From Phoronis australis (lineage: Eukaryota > Animalia > Phoronida): a stretch of DNA of 64,000 nucleotides. Numbering within the stretch: the stretch's first letter is position 1; each line of letters begins with the position of its first letter. Location: positions 823,463 to 887,462 of the forward strand of contig NMRA01000071.1 of assembly GCA_002633005.1 (NCBI GenBank), in the 5' to 3' direction. The position numbers and the translations under genes were made by a program. Below are positions 10,723 through 22,693 of this stretch, one piece after another. Under the pieces are notes generated by a model, which worked only from the letters and a program-made list of their open reading frames with translations, did not search any database and was not told the DNA's origin.

Positions 10723-13685
10723 AAATGAATACCATCCTGCAGTGACAATGTAAAAAATGGAACTGAAATCAGTTTGAGGCAATGAAGTATAGGACCAATC
10801 CTTGAAGTCTACTTTTGTGTGCATACTGTAAACTTACCAGATGACATGGCCTTACTAACAATTTCCATCAGTTTTTCCCCAAAAGCCAAACCTTAGCCAA
10901 GAATTTTAAAGATGACTGAGCATCTGATTTTAAATATAATTTTGGGGCAGATTTTTTGCCAGCCCAGTTTTGTAGCCAATTGACTAGTATTTTGGAGAGG
11001 GGAAATTGTTGAGCACCCCATTGAACTGGAGCAAATGCAGCTGATATATTAGACGTAGCACTACAAAAACTTTTGGAAGACTGCCAGGTTTACAGGTTAG
11101 GCAGAAGTTAGGGTACTCCTTTCACCACACCCCAGATCCGCTTATAGTGTGTAAACCACCCATTGGTAACAGCTTCGGTAGATTGGGTCCTTGGTAGCTA
11201 ACCTTGTTGAAAATGATTTGCCCGACGTAGTCACAACGGCTTGCTTGTTTATTACTGATGCCTCCAGATACACTTTCTAGTGCTCGTCATTTACATGTAC
11301 GTTCAATTTGTCATGGATATGACGTTGGTGGGATAATGCTACTTGAAAACGGGGGAAGATGGCATTTGAAAGCATAAGTTACCTCCAGCAGACGTAATTT
11401 CTGTCTTGAGGGAGAGGCAAGTGTGACCTGACTGTGTGGTATAGATCAACACCTGCTGAATGAGCTGTCACTGTAACTGGCTCAGACTCAAACTAAGGGG
11501 TGAACACAAGTCTGATTGAAACTCACGAAATCTTTTCCAACTCACTCGAATTTTGTTGGCGGCCAAAACACCTTAAGGATATTTACCATGAAACCCATTT
11601 TGTATGCCCTAGTTTTGGTAGGTGGCACATCCAGACTTCACAATCGTGGTCGAACATGTAACTGTGTGCTGCTGAAACTCTGTATCTGGAAATGTTGGAT
11701 AAAACTTTGATAGACGGGCACATCGTGGCCTTACAATGAACATGTGCTGCTGCAGATGGATGCAGTTTCTGCAATCTCAAACTTGGTTATCTTTGTTGGA
11801 AGAGGTGAATTCTTGGACATCCGAATGCATAGTTTCCTACTTTAACTCATGGGTGTTACTTAAGAAGTTGCTCATTGTTCATAACCTCTGGACAGTTTGT
11901 AGTGAATTTTACGAGTTTTTATTAAAATATTATATTTATAAACTTTGCATATTATTAAATATCAGCTCAAAATTCAACAACACATGCAACAGTAGCCTGA
12001 GCAACCATTGACGGTATTCACCCACTACACCACGGTGTTCACCTACAACACCACCTAATCGCTAATGGTGCTCTGCGGGATGGTTGTCGGCTAGTAAAAA
12101 AGTGCTGACATCTTTGGAAACATGACTATGAGTATCGACCTGGCCTGGCAGGGATTTACAGAGTACCCTCAGTTTATGGTGCATTATCTGGCGAGTTCCT
12201 GCATGAAATCATGCATTTGTGCGAGTTTCAAGGGTCTGTATCTTCATAGCGATTGGATGGTGTGATCACAAAAGTATTGCCACAAAATATTTTACTAAAT
12301 TCCACAATTCATACTATGCTCATTTGATTGTTGTTTAGCCGTACTCATTCCAAAAAGTGGACTTGTGCTTTGAATCAGCGAGTTAAAAGTGTTGAGTACG
12401 TTTTCTGTCTCATTGACAAGTCAACAGATGTTTACAGGCAGACAACCATTCCATATTACATCTGAGAAGGGACACCGATGCCGTAGTTGAAGTCCTTACA
12501 TTGAATGTTACATGAGTTGATTAGTAGCACCTTAACATTTCTGAAAAAACAGACCTGTACATGACACTACCAGACGGACAGTCTGTATATTACCTGTACA
12601 TGACACTACCAGTCAGACAGTCTGTATATTACCACTCCAAGGAGTTACCAGCTTACCACTTAAGACACTCAGGCCCGATGGTATTGCAAGTAAAAAAAAC
12701 TAAGGAAGAATCCCAAACTGGGGTGAGTGTAGACACTGGGAGTTTTGAAACAGAGGTTTGAATCCTAACTTACTGCATACACCACCATATGTTCAGTTCC
12801 TGAACTAGATAACATCTTGATTAATGACCATAACAAGCCCAATGACCATGGATTAAAGTAATCCTAATACCAACACCATATCTCCATAAATAAACAGTAA
12901 AAAAACCTCCTAATTGCCGAAACCACGAATCGCCTTATTCCTCCATTATTGACCATCGATACCCTCCAACTAATTCTCCAATGTCCTTGTCTCGGCCTAG
13001 GAACAAATACTCTGGTTCCTTGTCTCAACACAGCAGCTTCAGATCAAAAAATCTTCTTCATATTCACAGCAGTGTTTGCATTGTTTGTTCATAATTGTCC
13101 CACCCTTCATTCACGATTTTTGTCATGTTAGCGGAACTGGACAATTACAGAGGAACCTTGATGACTTGTCCCACCCTTCATTCATGGGTACCGTCAAGTT
13201 GAGAGAACTGGCCAATCACAGAGACACGCTAAGAACTTGTCCCACCTTTCATTCAGGATTACAGTCATGTTGGCAGAACTGGCCAATTACGGAGACATGT
13301 TAATGACTTCAAACTACAGACAAACCATATTTGAGAAATTTCCTTACTTATTCCTTGTAACCAAAGTTCCCCGTCACCAACTCAACTGAATAAACATGGA
13401 GTATAGAGGAGCTGGGACTAGTGGAATGCTTATGGAGAGAGTAAGTTTGATAACAGGCAGGAACATTGTAGCATGCATTGACTATAACAGTAATACTCAC
13501 ATCAGAGGAACAGATGAACATGTACTATGTTTGCTTAACCCAGAAAGCATTCTGCAGCACCTCAATTCAGACTTTATAAAGACAGATTTTGGTTGACGTA
13601 CTTGAATAAAATCTTACAGTCTGCTGTACCAGACTTAAGCGACTGACCAGGTTCAGTTACATGTAGTTTGCATCAAAGCACTGCA

Positions 13686-16600
13686 CTACAAAGATCCTAC
13701 AGTCCCTTTTCTAACACTCAGTTCTTGTCCACACACAAAACTGTCTCCAGGTGCCAGCACTTGTTTCTCTGCCACCTTGCCAGCTTCGACACACAGCATA
13801 TTAGGGTACTGATTGTCTCCAAAGTCAGACATTGCCTTGGCCTTCTCAGTCCACGGATTCCACAAAACTGTACAAAACACAAAAAACAGTCAAATCTTAT
13901 TACATCTGACAACATTACCCCCTTAAGAATGCTAACAGACACATAACGTACTAAACATTTCCAATTCACAATTCAATGCATGCAAGTGTACCCTGGTTAC
14001 AATGGACTATAACTAATAACTAACAAGGTCAGTTGATGTATGCTGTATTGAAGTCCAACTGAAGCTTTCAGAGTGGCCTAACACTGTCAATGGACATAAA
14101 ACTGATAACACTTGAGAGGTAGACATATACAAGAGTGTACCTTCACATACACAGTATGTGTGTACACTAACAAAATAATATAACTTCGTGAAGCCATTGA
14201 TCAAAACTCAATCTACTGTCTTCAGAATGGATACGCAAGTAACCAAGTTTTCTCAGAATGGAACTGAGGTATGACTGGGATTAAATTATGGATGACAAAA
14301 AAAACCCCGTCAACTTCAATGAAGTAAGCCTTGTGACTGCTTCTGCGTTGTAGCACCAAGCCGCTAATTAATTTGTAAAGACTTGCAAGGTCAGTTTATG
14401 TTGGCCTTGGAGGAGGAACTAGTCTGCATAGTGGCTTAGTTTGTTGTCGACGGTTGTAAATCACGGGCGTCTTTCACACAATACACAAAGTGAAAGCAAT
14501 TCTTTGTGAACCCTGCTTTTCATATTAGACTAGTCTCAGTTGGACACAGCTTAACAAAGAGTTTTACTGTTTAATTACTCCTCATGTATAGGTGAACAGC
14601 TGAGCCCTCAATGTGACATCATTCTGAGTAAACTATGTAGAACCACACCAGTCCTGTTGAGATTTTATATTCAGTAAACTGAAATGGATTTTTATTTGCA
14701 GTTTTCAGCACTGTTTTGTCAAGTTTCCACACAGTCGATAGAGCAAAGTTTGTTTTTTGTCTAAAGTCTGCAAGTTAAGAATAATGTGACATCATAAGTT
14801 AAGGTGACATAGCGTGCGTGATGACTCACCTGTGTCAGGAAGACTTTTCTTCACTATGGTGACAACCCGGCCTCCTGTGGTGTTCATTATCGTATGAACA
14901 TCAGGTGTGTTCTTGTAGATCCTGCAAAGGAAACATCTGATTATCAAGAGATAAAGTGATTTGGGAAACAGTTACTTAGAACTGGTTGGCGGGAGACATC
15001 TGGAGGAAGAGGGATCTTGGAACGGTTGAAGGGAACACTACACATTCTTTAGTTGTAAGATTGCTGAAGTGAACGACAAATACTAATTAGAAGTGGGATC
15101 TACAAATTCTATGACCAAAGAACAAAAATGTTGTTTCCAGATTGAAATAACTGAATGAGGATCAGGTAAAAATCAAGAAAATGGTCAAGAGTTATAGTGA
15201 CCTCCAACATGCTTGTATTTTCTGTACAAACCTGTAGATGCCATATTGCCATGTAGTAGGCATACTTACATTAGATACCCAATGTTCCCATGTAGTAGGC
15301 ATACTTACATTAGATAACCAATGTGAGTCATGTCACGTGATCTAATATTTACATATTTGGAAGACCAGGCAGGGACTCAAACCGGAGACTTTCTAAACTC
15401 CTTGCAGATGTACCACTGATCAACTCAACTATAAACATAAATCCAATGTTTAAGTGCAGGACAGCAACAGTATGGATTACAGAGGATTATGGGATTAAGT
15501 TTCAGTCGGGTCAGCAATCTTTTCAGAATGTCATGAGACATCACCGTGTTGACTCTGATGTAACAGGTTCAGGGATATCATGCATAGTACATGTTACCTG
15601 TCATAGTTGGCTGTGACCACCACTGGGTCTTCTTGTTCAACCATATTCTCCTTTGTCAGCTGAAAGTGAAGATTTTGAGAATCAGCGTCATGCATTGACA
15701 GAACAGGAACAAATCTTTGGCCACTGAATACAGCCATCCTCATTATGTTTGTGTTCACCCCACTGTAGCCTCTTTTTACCCTGACATACACATACAATCA
15801 TCCTCAACATGTTTGTGTTCACCCCACCGTAGCCGTCAATACCCTGACCTGTCCACACAACCATCCCCAACTTGTTTGTGTTCACCCCACCCTAGCCTCA
15901 CTACCCTGACCTGTCCACACAGCCAACCTCAACATGTTTGTGTTCACCCTACTCTAGCCTCACTACCCTGACCTGATGAAACAGCCAACCTCAACATGTT
16001 TGTGTTTACCCCACTGCACTTCTGATTTCGTTTCATCACGGAACTCTTGACACCAGATGACAGTGATACCAATGTATACCTGATCATAACATGTACACTG
16101 ATATCAATGTATACCTGATCATAATATGTACAGTGATACCAATGTATACCTGATCATAATATGTACAGTGATACCAATGTATACCTGATCATAATATGTA
16201 CAGTGATACCAATGTATACCTGATCATAACATGTACAGTGATATCAATGTATACCTGATCATAATATGTACAGTGATACCAATGTATACCTGATCATAAT
16301 ATGTACAGTGATACCAATGTATACCTGATCATAATATGTACAGTGATACCAATGCATCATAATATGTACACAGAGAACAATGTGTACCTGGCCATAATAG
16401 GTACAGTGAGAACAATGTATATCTGATCATAATTTGTGCAGCCTGCGAGAACAATGTATACCTGATCATAATATGAACATCCTTTTAAACCTGTGACACC
16501 AGACATGGTGACGTCAGACACAGAGAAGTAGGTGTGGAGGAGGCAGGTGAAGTCAAACTGTGTGTCACCTGCGAACATACAGCACAGTTACGTGTTATGT

Positions 16601-19600
16601 TAGTGCTGCTGTACACACAAAGGCCTGAATAAAGTATACACGTTAGATATAACCGTTGTACATGTCAGGCCTTGACATAACTTTTTAAAACGGTTGTCCT
16701 TTTCGGACAACTCTATTTCAGTTCAACTTGTTTGCATCAAAAATGACCCTATCAAAAATTTGAAAGAATAAATAACAACATGTCATGTAGTTTAAACACT
16801 AGGATATTTTTGATGCTGCAGTTACAGTGTTTCTATACATACTATAGCCCCCCCTGGTGGGTTGAAGGGGAGTCACTTGGATGTCCTTTCATGATTTGTA
16901 CATTGCAAAGAGGGTATAGAAAGCATTTTGAACGTGCATGCATTTAAGATGGGATTGACCTCAGTACACGAGTACGAAAAATTCTAGGTCGTCCATTTAG
17001 ACAACTGATAAGAAATTCAACTTGTCTGCATTTTTTATTGTACTTGACAATCAGAGTAGTTGTTGATGCTGCATTTGTTAGATACAAATAACCACACACC
17101 TGATAGATACAATAAATTGTACTTCAAATAGATACAATAACTCCTATTTTTGATACATACAATGACTCTATGGTAGCTCACTTGTGATTCAAAATATATA
17201 ATTCAGGATATGCATATATGGGAGACTACTTTCTAAGAGGCAAAACCTGTTGTTTCATCTTCGTCCATGCCCAGTTTACAAGGTACAAGCTTGACACCAA
17301 CTACCAGGTCACTGATGCTACAGTCCTGACCCGGTAACCAGTTCATAAGTAGAACCTAGTAAATGTTCAGATGCCTGTTTCTCAATGTATAATATATACA
17401 AGAAAGACCGAGGGAACACAGGCATCTGAACTCATTCCATTTACATTACAATGACATACCTGTGTTAACAACTCTGAGGCTCACTTCCAACAAAGACTTT
17501 GTAAGAGTGAGGCTGTAAACCAGTTTGAATCTAAAAAGAGCATTTAATAATTGTCACATGCATAGAAAAAACACTCTCCCATAAGCAAAAGATGAGAACA
17601 ATATGAGCAGTACTTCACATAAACTGAGTATCAAATACTAGGTATAACATAATATTACAGCTATGGACAGGCTAGTGTTAACGCAATGTGCATTACATCA
17701 TAATATTTAAAATGTTGATTACAGAAAATATGGCAGAGCAGTTAAGCTCAGAAAGTGACAAGAAGTTAGTAATACTATTTAATATGCAACTCTTAAACTG
17801 GTGAGGAAAATGCATATAAAAACATTTTTAAGTCTGGTGGCGTGCTGATCAGACTTAGTATTCTATAAAGCCATGGTAATGACGGCGTTGGTAAAATGAT
17901 TACAGAGCTGAAGTGGACAGTTCTTTGATAACTATGGAATGAGAAAGAGGCCATCACTTCAAAATAACAATAAACTCATCAATATTTTGTAAAACTCTTG
18001 CCAACATTTAACATCTTGCACAATTAAAGTTATTAAATCTTGCCAAGATTTTCTAAAATCCTTGTCCAGATTTTCTAAAAATTTTGCCAGGATTTCCAAA
18101 AACTATTGGCAACCTTTCTGATTCTAACAATTTTACCAAGTTTCTGAATCTTGTCAAGAACTAGCACCGGCTGTACTGGTACAGCGGTAACTATGGCAAC
18201 TGCAAATATGGTACTGTGGAGGAGTACGTCCAGTAAATAGCAGCTGTAGATACAAAAAGAAGGCCATGCTATTCCGGAGGCACATGAAAATAATGACCAT
18301 TCACGTAAGGTGGTCCACGAGAACACAAAGATCGTGTCAACAGTTTGAAAACTATCAAGTAGTTCAACAGCATAGATTGTGGGACAATTGCCTAATAGCT
18401 ACGTGAATCCATACATTCTTGAATGTTGAAGCATTGCTAGTGATTTTATGGTAATTCTTGCTCACCTGTGATTCCACATGCTTCTGGTCATCTCGTTGTC
18501 TACCAGGGAGAACGCGGCTCTGGAGTTCTCTCCGTCACTTGTAGGCGGGGTCTCAACGGACCACCTATTGATTCTGGCAAATCCATGTTGCGGGCCAAGG
18601 CTCCAGGGACCAAAGCAGGCTGCAAATTTGTAGTTGAAAAGACTTAATGATTATACATACCCATCCAGAGGAAGATATTAGACCGTATGAAGCGAGGTGC
18701 TCATAAGATATACCCGATGGATAGGTTTCTACTTCTTTATTGCAGTTATCTCCACACACAAAAATTCAAACAGGTTGTGTTTACAACCACTTTGAAAATT
18801 TAGACAATGTGCAGTGCATATCATAGCATACACAAACAAGAGCAACCCGGAGCATTGAAATGCACCCACGAATGCATCACAAATGGTGTGCTTTTAGGGT
18901 TATTTAATTGTATCATAAAAATGGCCACTAGATGGCGCAAAAATATACACTCCATCCAAAAACGGGATCATGCCATATTTCATAAAATCTGTTAAGGAAC
19001 TTCAGAAAAACGAAGGAAAACAGAACAAAATGAAATTGCCACTTGTGGGCACGGCGTCCGTTTGATCCGCCTGACTGTCATAGTCTGTTATCTTCACATA
19101 AATTCACTTAGTTAATACTAAATTTAATAAAGATCCTGCAGTGGGTTTTGGAGATACAGTTATGGGCAAAAAACAAAACAAAACTACCACTAGGAGGCGC
19201 CACAGTAGTCAGTCGCCACCATCAAACGTCCTCTTCACACTGAAAACATATACGCCAATTTTCAAAACCACCCCCAGAATGATTTGGTTGATCGAGGGGT
19301 GGACGCCAGAAACAAAATTTGAAAACAGCAATAGATGCTTGTATTAAAAATTTTATGAAAATATGTTGATGACCTTTGAACATACAGAGTTAAACGTAGA
19401 AAACTGAAATTGCCTCTAGGGGCACACCAGATGTCAGATCCGTCCAAAAGTCGTTGTCGCTCATTGTCTACATCATTAAATACAATTCTAAATTTAGTAA
19501 AGATCCTGTGAATGGTTTAGGAGATAAAGCCATAGGCGCAAAAAAAAATGCCACTAGGAGGCGCCACGGTATTTGAAATTGTCGGAAAATCATCGTCAAC

Positions 19601-22473
19601 CGTGCTCTTTATAGTAAGCACATACATGCCAATTTTCACAATCATCCTTTGAGCGGTTTGATTGATGGAGGGGTGGACGCAAAAAAACAGACTAAAAAAC
19701 AGTAAAAATGGCCACTAGGTGGTGCAAACTACATCGAATCCATCTGAAAACAGGAGGATAGCGTTACCTCACTAATAGGTGACTATATACCAAATTTCAT
19801 GAAAATCCGTAAAGGACTTTTGAAGAAACAAAGGTAAGCGTAAAAAACTAAAATTGCCACTAGGGGGCACACCAGTATTCCGATCCCTCCGAAAGTTCGC
19901 TCATGCCGTCCCATTCATGAATGGAACATATGTGTCAAATTTCATGAAATTAGTCAAAGGGTTTTGGAGATAGAGTAGCGGATGCGGACGGACGCCGCAC
20001 GGACGGAGATGACGGCATAATGCGTACGTATAATTACAAATATGTGGGCGCATAAAATGGATACTTCATTGTCAAAAATGAAAAAAATAATTCAATAGTA
20101 TTGCCTGCTATTTGAATAGGTCAGAGGCAAAATCAAACAGGTGACCACCTCTTCTTTCTTCTCATTTTTCTGTCTCACATTAGACGAGTACTGTTTCTTA
20201 ACTGCTTTTTGATACAATACCATTATCTGCCTTATTCATTGTCAGCCTATATGGTTTTGTCAGATAGCAAAATTCTGGGAACCATGTGACATGAATGAAC
20301 ATGACATCCCACAGCCAGGGTGTCCAATAAGGAGCATCATAAATAAACCAGTCAAATGACAGATGCAGCGATTGCGTAATAAAGCATTCGAGTTTGTGGT
20401 GAAGAGGTAGTATGTGCAATAACATTTTCTAAGGGTACGACTCTACAAAATCATAAACCCTTCATTGCCAGAAACACAATCAAAGAATGTTCTAAAATGT
20501 GCCAGTGCTACATTCAGTGTTTTTGTGTTGGACAAACCACTCTCGTGTGAACACCTTCAAAGGTGGACAAACCACCCTTGTGTGAACATCTTCAAAGGTG
20601 GACAAACCACCCTCTTGTGAACACCTTCAAAGGTGGACAAACCACCCTCGTGTGAAGGTCTTCAAAGATGGACAAACCACCCTCTTGTGAACACCTTCAA
20701 AACTGGTCATGACCGCTCTAAAAGTCTCTTAGTAAGTTACTGTCATTGTTTACAAAAGAAATAAAACCGTCCCCTACAATGTGACTTCCTTAAGCCAACA
20801 CCCCTATGTGACAGCCTTATAGTATTAGGACGGAGACTTTAGGACAAACTGATGTTGAAGACTTCACAAACTTACGGAAGACAAGAGGAACACCACCACG
20901 GATGGCCTTGTTGTTGTCAAACACAGCTTTGTTACTGAAACAATTCAGAGTATAATTATGTATTGCATGAACAGATCAACAGATGTCAGTTGACACTCTT
21001 GTGAACACAATCACTCAACATAAAGCCTGCAAACACAGGATTATGGAAAAATCCTGAGACTTTGCAAGCAGTTGTCACACAACGTAACACAGAACACTTA
21101 GGTTCTGAATAACCACCGAGACTGTTCCTTTCATACACACCTTGTGAACAGAACTTCTTGACCATCACATTTCCATGACAACAGTGTTGCACCTGGTAAA
21201 TAAAAGAAAGTGTCAGACTCAGAAGTCACGTAATTATCATCTAACTTACACAACATACAAATTACACTCAATCATTACATTTATCACCAGTTCCAATCTT
21301 ATTGCTAATTTACCAAATGGGACAATTCCCTAATGACTTAGAATGCTCAGAGAGCTTGTATAAATTTCCACACTTCATTATATGTGACCTGTAAAATTTA
21401 GATACAAATATTGCAAGCAGGCATTGCCAGCAATTATGCGTCAAAAATCCAATTCCAGGTTATATTGTAATATCAACTTCTTTGTAATCTGAACACCGCC
21501 ATATGTAGATACTTCTCATGACATCAGTTGATCGCTCCACAACTTTAGCAACAGAATAACGCCTGATAAAATAGCAATTTTTATAACATTGACAAATAAT
21601 TTAGTTTACTAGAGGAAGAGTTTAGTTTTTAATGACACTAATTATAGATCAGATTTTTTAATTCGCCCATTTCTTACCCACATCAAACCAGCACTGGTCA
21701 GATATAGTGGTCCTTGATTTTGAGACCCATTATTCAGTTATTCAAAGGACGTACATTCAAGTTTGGGTCTCACTAGTGAAGAGTAGGCCAAGGCTTCTGT
21801 TTCATGAGGTGCATATTTGAGATTTCCACTTAATGAAGCCAAGAGTTCTGTTTGCTTTAGAGGTGATTGTGTCAATGTGAGTGTTCCATGATAAGTTATT
21901 GGTAAGAGCTGAGAGACCCCAAGGTAGGGACCATTTGAGTGGTGAGTTGTAACCTGTAATTGCATATCATGGGAGGAATGAAGTCATACCACCTAGCTGC
22001 GGCACACAGTGTTAAAAATGACCGCTTACCGATTTTGGGAACTCTAGTGAACGAAGGAGTGCTCGAAGAAAAAGTTTAGCTAGGAGTATCTGTATGAAAT
22101 GGAAGTAAAACATTGACGGCCTCCCACTAAGACATGTTCCCATGTGATGACAACGATACTTCAATATTTTAGTCGGTGTGTGGCATAATTCGTTGAAAAG
22201 CTTCCAGCGTATGAAGCACCTACAGGATAGCTACACCGTCTCATTGAGCCAGCTGTGCGTGATAAGTTCAAGCCGAGGGTCTTGTGCCCTTGAATGTTGG
22301 GCTTATTGCTCAAGGGCATAAGTGAATTACGACGTAGCCACAACTTTGCTACACGTCGCCAGATGGTCACATTACCCGTGATATAACCCACTACTTTCCG
22401 TACCGTGCAAATGAACTGTTACGTTGTTATTATCGTCAAGTTTCAAAACAACCAAATCTTCGGCTGCTGCCAT
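13686..22473 (-). CDS. Glucose-6-phosphate 1-epimerase / D-hexose-6-phosphate mutarotase (aldose 1-epimerase family), 9 exons, 282 aa
   Basis: Exons 22404-22473, 21141-21192, 20876-20934, 18466-18619, 17460-17530, 16462-16568, 15598-15659, 14830-14921, 13686-13867 total 849 nt, in frame, all GT-AG. Motifs HGATLLSW, KAIRGGVPLVFP, QHGFAR, FTCLLHTYF, DTVLWNPW and MLCVEAG match the YeaD/YMR099C family. Confidence 0.93.
15730..16015. repeat. ~62-bp degenerate minisatellite, ~5 copies
   Basis: cctcaacatgtttgtgttcaccccac..tagcc..ctaccctgac repeated. Confidence 0.85.
16060..16475 (-). repeat. 35-bp minisatellite built from the epimerase exon 6 donor
   Basis: Minus-strand unit tacatattatgatcag|gtatacattggtatcactg, ~11 copies, continuous with the true junction at 16462/16461. 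Confidence 0.95.
18834..20056 (+). mobile_element. Non-autonomous Helentron/HINE-like element with internal repeats carrying CTCF-like motifs
   Basis: Starts AAACAAGAG, has internal degenerate repeats (ccaaatttcatgaa, ttttggagata), a CGGA microsatellite near the 3' end and ends ...gggcgcataaa. This is the usual architecture of invertebrate HINE/DINE-like elements. Confidence 0.6.
20528..20702. repeat. 35-bp minisatellite, 5 copies
   Basis: ggtggacaaaccaccctcgtgtgaacaccttcaaa repeated. Confidence 0.9.
21738..21965 (-). mobile_element. Non-LTR retrotransposon (CR1/L2-like) RT C-terminal fragment
   Basis: PYLGV...GNLKYAPHETEALAYSSLVRPKLE resembles the YLGV...LAY.SLVRP.LEY segment of LINE ORF2. 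Confidence 0.65.
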
Positions 22474-22693
22474 GATCAAGGTGAAGGTCGCGAGCACTGT
22501 CCTACCTATACGATTATAAGCAAAACATGTTTTACGCCAGTTTCCTTCCATCTTTGCATGTAATATCCATAGAATATTCACTATAAGAAACGCAAAAATG
22601 GTTAAGTTTTGTATAAATTATTCAGGTGCCATTTTTCCATTTATTTAACGAAATGTCGCATGGTTATTTTAACCTGAACAAAAATGGCCGCCC
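22474..22693. promoter_or_regulatory. Putative bidirectional promoter between the epimerase gene and PTCD2
   Basis: Divergent ATGs at 22473 (-) and 22684 (+) are ~210 bp apart. YY1-like AAAATGGCCGCC overlaps the PTCD2 start codon. Confidence 0.65.
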
